Below are positions 1-13,699 of a DNA stretch of 64,000 bases, piece after piece. The stretch lies in NCBI RefSeq assembly GCF_009914755.1, contig NC_060926.1. The stretch is one strand, 5' to 3'. The stretch's first letter is position 1. Each line of letters starts with the position of its first letter. The notes beneath the pieces were generated by a model. The model saw only the letters and a list, made by a program, of their open reading frames with translations, did not search any database and was not told the DNA's origin. The position numbers and the translations under genes are program-made. This DNA is from the human T2T-CHM13v2.0 reference genome, Homo sapiens.

Positions 1-768
1 AAACAATTTCCCATTTATGGAAATATTTTAAGTGTACATGTTTCTAATAAAATGGATTTCAAGCAAAGACCTCAAGGCTCTTACCGCTAAATTTGATTTG
101 TCCCCAAACTGTATCTTCATATTAGCTGATAACTCTCTTACTCTTATGAGCATCTTTAACATATCTTTTTAAATGATCTGGATTGACTGTCTAGACTGTT
201 TCAAGTTCCCTGGATAATTCTGCAACTCCCTCTTTACTCTGACAGTGTGCATGTGACCTTGAGTTAAATTAGAGAGATTTATTCTAAGTGCTTCATATGC
301 ACTACATACATTACTTAATATTGAAGATTTTTGCTTTATAAGTATAAGGGGAGAATTTCCTGTTGAGAAATATTAAATACCACTTATCTAAGGTTATCAG
401 GTTATGTGACTGCACATTTCCAGCTCTTTCTTTCGGAAAATGAATCCACTGTTATTGAAATTTAAAGAAATTAATGCATTTTTAATCAGATCAATATACA
501 TTTACTATAACAAGCACATAATCCATCTTGAGTTGAACACTATGTTTTTTGAAACTAACAAAATTACTGTAGGTCAAGAAACAAATATATAGGAATTTAA
601 ATATATATATATTTGTTACTAATAATAACTGATTTCATCAGGAACATCTGATAAATCTCAAGGATGTGATAAAGTCAGGAACGCCTTGCAATAGGAAGCA
701 GATATTGAGAACATTCTCTTGTTCTGCTTTTTCACTTGACAATGTGGGCAATTAAGACTTCATAAATT

Positions 769-1078
769 GGCGGGGGGTGGTGGCTCACACCTGTAATCCC
801 AGCACTTTGGGAGGCTGAGGAGGGCGGATCACCTGAGGTCACGAGTTTGAGACCAGCCTGGCCAACATGGCGAAACCCTGTCTCTGCTAAAAATACAAAA
901 ATTAGCTGGGCGTGGTGGTGGGTGCCTGTAATCCCAGCTACTTGGGAGGCTGAGGCAGGAGAATCACTTGAACCCGAGAGGTGGAGTTTGCAGTGAGCTC
1001 AGATCGCTCCATTGCTCTCCAGCCTGAGCAACAAGAGCGAAACTCTGCGTCAAAAAATAAAAAAATAAAAAAATAAAA
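769..1078 (+). mobile_element. Full-length Alu (AluS, Sq/Sp-like)
   Basis: Dimeric Alu with an A-rich tail; 'caacaagagcgaaact' is Sq/Sp-type; TSD aagact(t/c)ca(t/c)aaatt at 754-768 and 1079-1093. Confidence 0.95.
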
Positions 1079-2619
1079 AAGACTCCACAAATTAGTTTAA
1101 AGGACATTCATTTCAGGATAAACTCATCTCATGAAAATATAAGGATCCTGAAGGCTTAGACCCTTTGGATTCAACAGGTAGTTTCCAAATTGGACATGAA
1201 GCATTTTTTTTTCTTACAGAATTTCGACCCCTTAGAGGAAGGAGGAAGGGATACACCCCGAGGCATCTCTTAACTTTCACTAATTATATATAGAGCCACA
1301 GAATATCAGAAACTCTTGGAATTATTCTAATCCAAGTCTTTCAATTGCAGATTCGGTGTGAAACATAAACAAATCCCATGTCCAGCTGTTAGCATCTCTT
1401 GAGGTAAACATCCACAAATTTGTTAAGCACCCTCTTAGAATTCTACAGCATTTCCTTTGTATCACTAAACTAATATTTTTAAAGCTGCAGCTAAGTGCAA
1501 TGAGTTAGCCCTTTAAGCTTTAAGGCATTGACCAGGGCTTTAGCTTTCAGAGATTTGGTGAGCAAGTCTGTATTCACTCTTCCAGACCTTTTGTGACTTT
1601 ATAGACTTCAATCACACCCCCGCCAGCCTTCATCTTTCATATTAGTCCATCCAAACTAAAGACATCTGAGGATTTGAAACATTTGGAAGCATTCCCTTTC
1701 ATTTCCAGCCAAGACAAAAATAAAGGGTTCCATTGTGCTCTCAAGGAAAGAAGTCTATGTTTTTGGTACTTGGGGCTGTCTCCAAAAATGGGATCTTACA
1801 AAGTATAATCCTGTAGAAGGCATACCAATGGGAGCCACTTAGACCTAGAAGAGACCCAAATATAAATATCTACATCCATTTTCACCTTGAAAACACTACT
1901 CTTGCTAGCAGCAACCTTTCAGAAGTGGGGATGCTGCCTCATTTCCTTCTTTGGTATGTGTTGAGAGAAACATGTTACCAGAGGAGGAAAGGTACAATGT
2001 TTCAAGGTATTTCTTCCACAAAATATTTCTTCTTTATCTTTATCTTGCTATAGATATTGCTAATGTCTTTGATTTAACAGATTCTATGGGGTTTTTTTTT
2101 TCAAGTAAGAATATTTCTCCTAGCATGAGTTGTAAAATGCAACTGCCTCTACATTAATTTAGCCATTATCTAGTCTCATTGTGAACTGCTTTAATCAGGT
2201 CGCTTTCCTGACTGATACCCACATATGATGAACACTAAGAGAACCGTGAGTTCTGACTGGGAAAATAAAAAAAGAAGTCCCAGGCACTGACAAAAACATA
2301 AGGTTTGCACTACACACCAAGATGAAGCATTGGATCACCAGTGGATAGTCTGAGCTTCATGACTTTTGGGTAGAGAGAACTAAACAAGAAAACACAGGGA
2401 GAAGAAAGAGAGGCATGGAGGAGAGAGGGGAAGATGCCAACACACCTGGACAACTATAGGTGTTTTCAAAAAAACATTGATTGAAATTTTACATTCATTA
2501 TGTCACTTAACACTCACATGTCTTGCACATTATAGATTATTGTATCGATTTACAAATATAAAAAATGAGGCTCCAAACATCACATCTAATGAAGTTTCCA
2601 AAGACCGTAGGGATAATCT

Positions 2620-2840
2620 GTCAATAACTGAATATAGTGTACTAAATCCTTTACATTACTTTTTTCATATAATCCTCACAACAATTCTACAAAGTAGGTA
2701 TTATTATCTGCATTTTAAAGTTGAGAAAACAGAGGCTTGAGGTACTGAAGATGTTATCCAGAGCTAGTAAGTGACAGAGCTGGGATTAGAACCCGCTTTT
2801 TCTGACTCCACAGCCATGGCTCCAGACCACTAAGCAGCAC
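2620..2840 (-). mobile_element. MIR SINE
   Basis: Reverse-complement MIR core 'aatcctcacaacaattctacaaagtaggtattattatctgcattttaaagttgagaaaacagaggc'. Confidence 0.75.
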
Positions 2841-3604
2841 TTTCCCTCTAGCTCAAGGCCAAAGCATATCTGTTACCCTACAGCAGCCCAGGGCCTTAAT
2901 GGTGAGAACCCTAGTTTGCTGCTTAGGGCCTTGAGTCAGTAGTTTTTCTGGGAGGGTCTTTGTGTAACCCAACCTCCCTTCCTTTCCTGATTAAGATTAC
3001 CCAGCAGATTATCACTCTATCTTCCATTATGCATGTTTGCACACATTAGTCTTTGTCAGAAAATCAGGTGTGTTGGGTAATGGTTCCAGACCTTCCAACT
3101 CCTTGTTGTATGTTTCTAGATCAACAACAGAGTCACTAGGGACAGAGTCACATCTCTGATGTGAGGGGATTGGAGGCCTCCTGGCAACAAATTCCACAAT
3201 CCTATCACAGCCTTCTGTCAACCTGACATCCTTTACATCTTTTCCTAAATATTGAAACTTGGCGTATGCTCAGCAGGTCCTGGAAGAAGTGGAGAATGGA
3301 GGCAGAGGATGTGTTGTTTAACCTCCATTGTTTCCTCTGCCACACACAAGGTAGTGTTGTTGGGAATAACATGCATCTATTGTGTTCTTGGTGCAGATAC
3401 TCCATAATATTAGCTGTGAGGCTTGGATGGTGTTTGCTTATTTTGTTTTGCAAGCTGGATTACACACTGTCACTAAGAGTAAGGCATTTATCCATTCAGC
3501 ATCTATTGAGAACCACATATGGGCCAGGATCTAGAAAAATAAACACAATTGTTGATATTGGCTCCAGTGGGATTTCACAGTGTAGAGGAGGAGCCACACA
3601 ATTA

Positions 3605-4009
<405 letters not shown>

Positions 4010-5719
4010 TAGCTTATACACTTGCCTTCCTTGCTATACTATGTTCTTATAGCACTTGTATTAAGAGTTGTGTTAAAGGCATTGATGGGAAACTGTGGGA
4101 CAAGAGATTAGGGAACACAAGACCTAGCTAGAGTTTTACAAATTTGGGAAAAAATGTACCTTGAACTTGAGGCCACTGATTTTTCTTCAGTGCAAAGTGG
4201 GGAAAGGAAAAGGGTCTTTCCCCCAGTATTAATTTATCAAATGCATTTTAGTTAAATACTACTTATTATTCATAACATTAATATTAGAATTGAGAAAAAA
4301 GTTATTTCATTAAAGGAAAAGGGATCTGTAGAAACGCATCTACTTTGGAATTATTTAGTCAGGTTATTTGTTTTAATTCAACACAAACTCTAAAACTATT
4401 AGGACAAGTATCATCAGGATAAATTCTGAATAAGTGCAGAGCTATGGAGCAAAGGATAAACTTAATGACTTCACACATAGTGTTTAACAAACCAGTGGAA
4501 GGTGTTTCTTTTAGGGCTCTCTTAATAGTGCTTCAGAGAAAAAAAAAAAACTTTAAAAGAAATGTGATTTTGCTTCATGTTAAAAAAAAGAACAAAGGAG
4601 GTGGTAAATGTTTTCTGAAAACACCAACCTGAGACTGTCAACACGGAAGTTTACTTTTGACATCCTGGGCCAGCCTCATCTGGCCTCTTTTGGTTATTTT
4701 CCCTAAGTAGAGTTTCCATTCCAACTCCATTTTCTTCCATTGTTATGTTGTTTAATTTAAAATCAAAGATGAAGTTCAGACTAGACAGTAAAAATAGTCT
4801 TGCTATTGGGATATATTTGTGGGGGTCGGAAGGGTAGAAGAGTGAGAACCAGCACTTCCTTGCACATTATCAGCCCCCTGTGATGATACTAAGGCCAGTC
4901 ATCTATGTAACCTCTAGGAGATGGTGAATTTCTACAGAGCTTTCCCACTGGAAGAAGGGTGGCAAGGAAACCAAAATAAACCACCCAACTTTTAGGGTCA
5001 TGCCCATGCATGCTTATGGCAAAGAGCATTGACAAGCTCTTTTCTCTACCACCACCTCTCATGCATCCCTACCAAACCTTAAGGCAGAGTTATGACCCAT
5101 GCCTGACATTGAAAGCAATTCTCAGGTCCTGATGTACAATCTGTAGCCCCAAGGCCTAGACACTGGCTAGCTAGAGTCTTTAACCAAGCACCAGCAAGCA
5201 AGAGCTTTTAGACTTAATCCTCTCACTTTCCTTTCCCCACTTAACCTATTGGCCCTGTATATATCGCCACAAATCCCCAAGAGCAGGTTTTACTTACCTA
5301 TCTTTTACCTACCTACCTCCCAGATAGTTGTTTGAAGATGACTCCCTGAGGATAACTGACTAGGAAAATTCTGTATCTTGAATCATCTCTAATAACTTCC
5401 TCATTTTTGTCTAGTTTTACACATGCTCCAGAATGCATCTGAGATCTTTTACCAAAGAGGTTTTTTATTTAGCCTTTAAATCATTTTATTTTTAATTTTA
5501 TTTAATTCTCATTTAGTAAGAAGGCAGAGGACTGAATAACACCATTTCTTTACATCACTTTCAACTTCAAGATTTTATGATCATATAAGAATTTGTAGTA
5601 AAAGTATTAAGGCCAACAAAGAAAAGCAACTATGAAAGTGAAACAGAATTGGCTTGTGAAACACAAAGAAGGAATTTTTAAATACCTGAATATGTTAAAA
5701 CTAGGACTTTGTGGAATAC

Positions 5720-6017
5720 TTTTTTTTTTTTTTTTTGAGACTGAGTCTCATTCTATCGCCCAGGCTGGAGTGCAGTAGCGCCATCTCGGCAAACTGCAAC
5801 CTCTGCCTCCTGGGTTCAAGCAATTCTCTGTCTCCACCTCCTGAGTAGCTGGGACTACAGGCGCCTGCCACCACGCCTGTCTAATTTTTTTGTATTTTCA
5901 GTAGAGACGGGGTTTCACCATCTTGGCCAGGCTGGTCTTGAACTCCTGACCTTGTGATCTGCCTGCCTCGGCCTCCCAAGGTGCTGGGATTACAGACATG
6001 AGCCACCGCGCCTGGCC
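5720..6017 (-). mobile_element. Full-length Alu (AluS, Sg/Sc-like)
   Basis: Poly-T followed by a reverse Alu dimer; TSD tgtggaat(a/g)c at 5710-5719 and 6018-6027. Confidence 0.95.
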
Positions 6018-6138
6018 TGTGGAATGCCTTTCTATGGTAGACATTGAGGGTAAACTCATTCTGTCTTTGAGGACAGAAGATTGAACTTATTTCTTGAGCT
6101 TCTTCCTCTCCTAAGACAATTTTATTTATACCTTAAAT

Positions 6139-6291
6139 CAGTGTTTCTCAAAATGAACTCAGGGACAATGACTTCAGAACTACTTAGGGCATTCCTAACT
6201 ATTATGATTCCTGAGCCCTACTTAGAATGTGAATTTTTATCAAGCCCCCTAGTCAATATTTATACACCCTAAAGTTTAAAAACAACCACTG
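6139..6291. mobile_element. MER5A-like hAT-Charlie MITE
   Basis: Terminal inverted repeats cagtgtttctcaaa ... aaaacaaccactg and a MER5-like interior. Confidence 0.65.
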
Positions 6292-6504
6292 AATTAAGAA
6301 AAGACCTCCAAACAGTATTGCCACATCTTGCTCACCAGGTAAAATTAGATATCTAGGTGGAAACCTTAGCTCCTAAATATTGGCCCCTTCTGTTAATACC
6401 AAATTACAATGCTAAAGAACTCTGAAAAAGGAAATTGATCCCTTGAGCACTTGATGTTTTAGTCTGCTGAAGTACTAAGTTGATTTTTTAAAATTCATCA
6501 CAGA

Positions 6505-6680
6505 ATTTTTAAATGCTGAAGAGCCTCAGAGATTGTCCTGACCCAACCCTCTTGCTTTACAGAAGAGGAGACTAAGGATAGAAATATTGCAGCTTACCCA
6601 AGGTCAGTCAGCTTGGAGAGTCAACAGAGGGCTTAGAATGAACCTCTTGGCTCCTGTTCCAGTGCTCATTCTACTTCACA
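6505..6680 (-). mobile_element. MIR (MIR3/MIRc-like) fragment
   Basis: 'cccaaccctcttgctttacagaagaggagactaagg...cccaaggtca' is a degenerate MIR core. Confidence 0.55.
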
Positions 6681-6905
6681 AGGTCAATTTCTATCTATAT
6701 GGACCATTTATAAAATATATGCTTTTAACAACTGCTCTTTGATTTATTCATTTTAATGACTGCTTAAAATTTATTTTAAACCAAAAGATGAGCAAGTCAC
6801 AAAATCAACCACTGGGTATTACAACTCACATTTTACCAAAATTTACCAAGGCCATCCTTTAGTTTCCCAGCTTGGGTAGTAACAACAACTATATTTTGGA
6901 AAGAA

Positions 6906-6955
6906 TGATAGATAGATAGATAGATAGATAGATAAGATGGATAGATAGATAGATG
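6906..6955 (+). repeat. Interrupted (GATA)n microsatellite
   Basis: gatagataga...gataagatggatagatagatagat read directly. Confidence 0.95.
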
Positions 6956-7598
6956 ACACACATATACATATGGTGGCTGGGATAATCCTCAGAGACATTT
7001 TTAGCAGAGCTATTGAATTTTCTAGAAACAGGGTCCCCTGTCACTCTGTTCTGACATTTATATATTCATTAAACCAATATTTACTGAATGCCAACCATGT
7101 GGTAAGTATGATGCCATTCCAGTGTAGTTTCACTGTGTTCTAGGGTCAGCACTTAAAACAAAAATCATAGAGAATCAAAATTATCCTTACAAAAAAATCC
7201 ATTAGAAAGACATGTAATCCCATTTTCCCTCATTCTTTCATTGACCATCAGATGAAATTGTTAGTTTGCTTTGAGTGGCCATGTTGTTTGAAAATTATCT
7301 TATTAAACATTCAAATCACTCATGGTACACACAGATACTCCACGTGAGAGGCACATAAGAACTGAGACCATACTAGGAGACATTCTGGGTTCATATCTCC
7401 CATCTCAGGCTCATTCATTAGGTAATATGGCAAACAGAATCACTCCCCCATTTAAATTATTATTTTCTCTTTCCTTTTCCCCCAAGGAGATAGAGTTGAA
7501 TCCAAGCCATTTAAATTTAGGTATGTTGGGATCTCTCAACATTTGTCATTTTGCCCTCATTTTGCCGCTTAACCTAGATGCTATTTTCTTAAATTGGC

Positions 7599-8041
7599 CA
7601 CCCTAGTTCATTTTGTGTTGCTGTAACAGAATACTCAAGACTGAATAATTTATAAAGACAAAAAGTTTGTTTAGCTCACAATTCTGAAGGCTGGGAAGTT
7701 CAATATTGGGTGGCCACTTCTGGTGGAGTCTGGTGAGGGCCTCATGCTGAATCAAAACATGACAAAGAAACGAAGGTGAATGAAGTATATGCAAAACAAA
7801 ACAAACAAAAAAAAAACATGATAGGCAACCTCCCTTTACAATAACCAACTCTGGAGGAAACTAATCTAGTCCCAAGGGAACTCATCCATTCCCACAAGAA
7901 CCAATCTAGTCTCACAATAAAGACATTAATTCGTATGAATGACCTAATCACTTCATAAAGGCTCCACTTTCTAACACCAAAACATTGGCAATTAAATTTC
8001 AACATGAATTTTGGTGGGACAAACATATCCAGACCATAGCA
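7599..8041 (-). mobile_element. MaLR solo LTR (MSTC/MSTD-like)
   Basis: 'tagttcattttgtgttgctgtaacagaatac...aaacatatccagaccatagca'; degenerate 5-bp TSD ttggc / ttggg. Confidence 0.85.
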
Positions 8042-9564
8042 TTGGGTTCCTTCACCTACTGAAGAGAAAAATGTAAGAGACCTTTTGTCAGGAAGGAGCG
8101 CCTCAGTTTCAAACTCTCTATTACTAGTATATTAAGTCTGTTATTCAAGTATGTGCCCAGTGTTTTTCCATCTTCCTGTCCTTGGCCCTCATGTGTCCTT
8201 GGCCTGAAGACTGCTCACCCTTTCCATAGTGCTCTCTAGGCTATCAGGCGGATGACGGAGTCCAGCTTCCTTTGACTCTCACAGTTCTTGCCTCCTATCA
8301 TGGCCCCATTCTCCATGTAAGCCTACAATCTTGGAACAACTCCAAATCACATTTCTGGATCAGTAATAAAGTTTGGTTACACTTCTTTCTATCAAATTGC
8401 CTAAGCTCTTAGGACAGGGGGATAAATTGTATATAAATTGTTTCCAGAAACCATTCCATTCACAGACCATTTATCAACCCTATGGAAAAAGGGATACCAT
8501 GTGGCACTGAATTACGGGGATTCTTGTTCATTAAAAGTAGGATTGACAGCAACAGCTTATTTCACAGGATCCTCTAACTGGAGGTCATTAAACCCAATGT
8601 CTTCTTGATTGGCCCTAAACTTAGAACTGAACGATGAAAGACTCCACATTTCCCATCTCTGATCTCATGAGCCACTCAGCCCAAATCCAGGGCTTTATTG
8701 TCAAGCATCATACTACATACAGCAGCATAACAAACCCCTTACCAGATCCAGCTTACCCAAGATATAGCATAACAGTATTGGCATTAGTAACTTCCAGGCT
8801 AGTAACCATAAGCCATGGAAAGCTAACATTTCTCCAGCTTTGGAAAATGTGCAAACATCATGCCACCAAGAGAAACAGTAATGGGACAGCTGGCAAGCAC
8901 TGGAACTTGGGACTCAGTTGTATTTTATTTTGCTTTTATTTCCCAGTTCTCATTATTTTCTTGCCTCCCTCCTTTTCAATAAATGTATCTTATGAAAGAC
9001 TTCAAGAAAAAAAGTTACTAGAAACATGTAAAGAAATAACTATTTAATACACAAGTGGTAATTAAAATGTTAGCACGTCCTGAGGGCAGAAAATGGATAC
9101 CTCTGTTAGGAATTTCAAAGCTAATTAAATACAGCAATATAAACACACCATTAAATTGTATTGTAACCAACAAACAGATATGTGAGTTATTGAGCTATAC
9201 ATAAACTTTGGGACCTGACTGCTGAAAAGGGCAAAAAGCAAACCAAAGAAAAAGGCCCAAATTAATTGTACAAGTATAGGATCCAGGAGAGTAAAAGGCT
9301 TAAAACTGGAACAGCTGACGTATTGAAGTATAGATTCTCAAAAAGACGAATCCCAAGTGGAGAAAGGGAACAGAAGAGAATCAACATAGAAAAGTTCAGA
9401 GGTTGGTCTGGTAAATGTATACCTTGTGGTTTAGATCTCAGCATTGATGCCAACCAGATTCTGAAGACAGAACATGCTTCTAGAAGCACAGCTGTGGAAA
9501 CAAAATATGATTCTGTTTTGAATATAATATACAGCAGTGTCTGTATCCTTCTTAAAAGTCTACT

Positions 9565-10870
9565 GTGGGCTTCAATAATGGAGTATTGAAGACCAGATTT
9601 ACCCTCCCACCTTAAATAACTTTAAATAATAAACTAAACATATGAAAACACAGTTTTCAGACATTGGACAACAGAGAGTGCAGGACAGTGATCCCTGAGG
9701 GAAGGGAAACAAACCGGGTGAGTTCCACCTTGATTTCACCCTTTTATTGCCTGGAGAGACTTCCAAAGCTACACCAAATGGAGGAAGCCCAAACAGAACC
9801 TGGGTTTCTCCCTGAGTTGAGGAGGTAGAGTCGAACGTTCAGAGAGGGAGACCACGATGGCTAGAATTCACAGCACACAGGACCAGAGAGGAAAGAGCTG
9901 CACAGACAGTAAGTACCCTGGAGGTCTCCGTGGGTTCCTCTGTGTTTTCCGCTGAGCACTGACCAGCATGCTTGTGTAGGAAACTACTCAGGGCAGATAA
10001 AGACCACTGAGAAGGAGCAATCCACAGTGCCCACACAGCTCTGGAAAGAATTCATGCTTCCCTCCATCAGAGTGGAAAAGCTCACAATACACAGGGCATC
10101 AGGTAGAGTACTCATCCACCTAGTGCCTCAGTAGTGGGGAAAAATGTTCCCTAAATTAGAAGTTACTCTGGGCCCAGATGAAAAAGTTTAAAAACACGCC
10201 TACAGGATCACACTGTCTGTGAGTAACTTAAATGTGTCTAGAACAAAGCTCAAGAATATTTAAAATACAAAAATATCCAGTACCCAAGAAGATAAAATTC
10301 ACAGTAGATGGCATCCAGTAAAAAATTACCAAACATGCAAAAAGCATAATGAGAGAAAAGCCAATTAATAGAAACTGACTCAGAGATGATACAGATGGTA
10401 AGACAAATGGACAAAGACATTACAACAACTACTCTAACTATATTGCATATGTGCAAGAAGGCAGTGCAGGGCTTCTCAACCCTGGCACTACTGACATTTC
10501 GGACCAGATAGTTATTTGTTGTGGAGGCTGTCCTGTGCATTACAGGATGCTCAGGAACACCCCTGACCTCTACCCATGAGATTCCAGTAGCATCCCAGCC
10601 CTGCTGAGACAACCAAAAATATCTTCAACATTGCCAAATGTCTGCTGTGGGGCAAAATCACCTCCAATTGAGAACCACTAAGGTAGAGGAAAACATGAAC
10701 AAGTTAAGAGACATGGATAATACAAAATAAACCCAATTCGAATTTCTATAAATGAAAAATACAGTGTCTGAGGTTACAAAAAATACACTGCACAAATGAA
10801 CAGGTTAGACACGGCAGAAGAAAACATTAGTGAACCTGAATATATAGAAATATAAACTTTCCAAAATAAA
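9565..10870 (+). mobile_element. Old L1M 5'UTR/ORF1 remnant, interrupted by MER20
   Basis: A-rich decayed ORF1-like sequence ('aattaatagaaactgactcagagatgatacag', 'gcagaagaaaacattagtgaacctgaa') continues on both sides of the MER20. Confidence 0.65.
10467..10680. mobile_element. MER20 hAT-Charlie MITE
   Basis: TIRs cagggcttctcaacc ... attgagaaccacta; typical interior 'ggctgtcctgtgcattacaggatg'; degenerate 8-bp TSD aggcagtg / aggtagag. Confidence 0.9.
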
Positions 10871-11047
10871 ACAGTCTACCATGTAGTATAGTTACTTATT
10901 GTAGTAAGTGTTCAAAGAATGGAGTTAGGAATATTAGCTACAGGGCTATCATAGCAACCCAAGCTAAAGAAAGCAGAAGGTAGGGTGAGATTAACAGTAG
11001 TGATGGCAGTACATTAATACAACTACTGCTATTATATCAGTAAAAGG

Positions 11048-11285
11048 ACTAGCTAATATTGAGTTTTTGTGCCATACATTTCACCAAGCATTTAAAATGC
11101 ATTTCTCATCAAATATTCACAACAATCCTGCAATGTAAATGTTATCACCCCCTTTTAAAGATTAGAAAGTGGAATTTCAGACAGTTTAAATAAAAAATAA
11201 AGATCACAAGGTCACATAGCTAATAGTAGCAAAGGAAGAATTTGAACCCAAATCTGTTCTACTCTAGAACCTGTGCTCCTAACTA
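11048..11285 (-). mobile_element. MIR SINE
   Basis: Reverse MIR: 'tcacaacaatcctgcaatgtaaatg...aaggtcacatagctaatagtagc...gaatttgaaccca'. Confidence 0.7.
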
Positions 11286-13146
11286 CGGGGTTTCCTGATA
11301 CAAATTGTTTGGTTGAAAGGAAATAATTTGAGAGATATTTTGAAGATGAATTAAAGTGGAATTTGATGACTGACTTGAATGTGGAGGAAAGATAATACTG
11401 CACATGGAAAGTATATTGTACACAAAATAGCAAAAGGGTCAAAAATATAAATAAAGTTGCACACATGTACAGCCCATAGAACTTTAGTGTTGAAAGGAAT
11501 ATAAAAGATAATTTCTTCCAGACACATTTGTGCACATATGCGCGTGCATGCGCACACACACACACTTTTAAACAGTAAAATAAACACAGGTCTAGAGAAT
11601 TTGCTTTCCTTCCTTACATTTGTTGAGTGCTTTAAATGACTTGTTTAGTACCCCCCACTAGTTAGAGATCATGCCAAGACTAAAGCTCTAATTGTTGTGC
11701 CCTTGCTACTTCAATACCCTGCTTCTCCTGAATAAATATGTAAATGTTCCTACCCCATGCCTAGCACATGGCAGGTTCTTAATAAATATTAGATGTTTCT
11801 ATTGACAACCAATTAAGCTATTCAAAACGACTTATGCATATAGACACAGCATTATTGCATAGGCCAGACCCACTCTAAAATTGGCTCAGCCTTTTCTTCA
11901 TGGAATAATCTTATTTACTATCAAATGATGTAGCCAAGTCACAGTGACTAGGGGAAAGAGCAGATGTTCTTAGGATTATTTTCTCTCATATAGTATGTTC
12001 TTGAAACCCTCTCATGATACAGTGACTAACACCCAAGCAGAATGGGAATAGAATAAACATTTTCACATAAACATTGCCCATGTTTACAATCTTTTTCACA
12101 GGAGGGATGAGCTGATGAAGCCAGCCAGTCTGAATGTACAATTACATGAGCATGACAGAAGCCAGGTAAGCCATTTTCCAAAGGGCTCTGTAACATTCAG
12201 ACTCCGTGTCAGCCGCACACCAAAAGGCTGGCCTTAATCGCTTTATCCCCACATTCTGCTCACGCAATTGGTGTGCCCAGTTAGAGATGGCTTTCTCTGC
12301 ATGAGATTGCTGTCCTGAGCAACATGTGACACAGTTTGTCTTTAAAGAGCCTCTCCATTGCCCTTGGCACCAACATTTCCTAATGTTTATGTTTTTAAGA
12401 TGAGAGTGTTGGTGATAAAGCTCTCAGTCACACGGAGGTGCCTTTTTGCTCTGGTGGTTCACAAGATCTTCAGTTTTATTTAATGGCTTAACTGCTTCAT
12501 AATTGCTCATATTCAGCTGCTCCTAAGCCTGAATGATCTCAGCTTTTAATATGCCTTGTCTAATTTTTAGGTACATCAATCTATACAAGTAGCTCATCAC
12601 TACTCTGAAATGCTAATGGTTGTCACATATTTCAATCGCCTCTATAAGACCTTGTTTCTGTGTTCATAAATCTTGTTAACATTTTAGGACCTTTATTTTC
12701 TTATCTAACGATTTAAAGATATATACACACACATATATAAAAGGCCTAATCTTCTTCTCCAAGGTTGGAATTCTTTAAAAATATAAAATTAAAAGGATAA
12801 GAAACCTATTTTTTCACTAATGCTACATAAAACAATTTGTAATTATTTGTAGCATTTTATATCCTTACCTAATTTTTATGATTATTTTTATGTTTTTCTC
12901 ACCTCTCCTTTTTTATAAACACCTTGGGATAAGCAAGGAGAATAACTAAGGGGTTTGGGGAGGTTGTCTAGAGATTGGGCGGCCAGAGGCCACCCTGATA
13001 GATGGGATCTGAGCTGGGACCTGAAAACTGAGAAAGATCAGCAGCAGTGAAAACTGGTTCAATATTCTCACATCCTCTAGTGTAACAGCAAGCTAGTCAG
13101 CCAGCCACTCAATGACAGTGACCTATTTCATCAAAATGCTAATTTC

Positions 13147-13434
13147 TTTTTTTTAAGACAGGGTCTCACCGTGTCTCTCAGGCTGGAGTGCAGTGGCTAG
13201 ACCTCAGCTCACCGCAACTTCCGCCTCCTGGACTCAGTCTATCCTCCCAAGTAGCTGGGATTATAGGCACATGCCACCAAGCCCAGATAATTTTTGCTTT
13301 TTTCTTTTTTTTTTTATAGAGACAGGGTTTCACCATGTTGCCCAGGCTGGTCTTGAACTCCTAAGCTCAGATGATCTGCCCACCTCAGCCTCCCAAAGTG
13401 CTGAGGTTACAGGTGTGAGCCACCAGCCCCAGGC
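13147..13434 (-). mobile_element. AluJ-type full-length Alu
   Basis: Reverse Alu with J-type 'gttgcccaggctgg' and 'agacagggtctc'; TSD aaaat(g/a)ctaatttc at 13133-13146 and 13435-13448. Confidence 0.93.
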
Positions 13435-13699
13435 AAAATACTAATTTCTACAGTGAGGTTAAGTGATGACATCATCATAAGGGGATGGAAAAAAAATAAG
13501 AAAAAGTTTCCAGAGGTACCCTATAACAGGGCAAACTAGACACCATGTCCAAGTTGAGATTCACAAAGATCCTCTGAGTTGATGATACCATATCTCTATA
13601 TTGATATGATGATAAGTATGTGCTGATATATTAGTCTCTACAACTACACTGAGAACTCCTCCAAGGCAGAAACCATTTCTCAAATGTTACCTCTATATC

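Noticed and set aside
3027-3269. Protein-looking minus-strand frame (AYAKFQYLGKDVKDVRLTEGCDRIVEF...)
   Set aside because: No recognisable family, no ATG start, and an in-frame stop between it and the nearby acceptor. A tblastn/PhyloCSF check could revive it.
8045-8085. Minus-strand ttttctcttcagtag|gtgaag, and weaker + strand AG|GT motifs at 25165 and 55560
   Set aside because: The donor or acceptor halves are weak. Their presence shows such motifs occur by chance, which also tempers the two reported sites.
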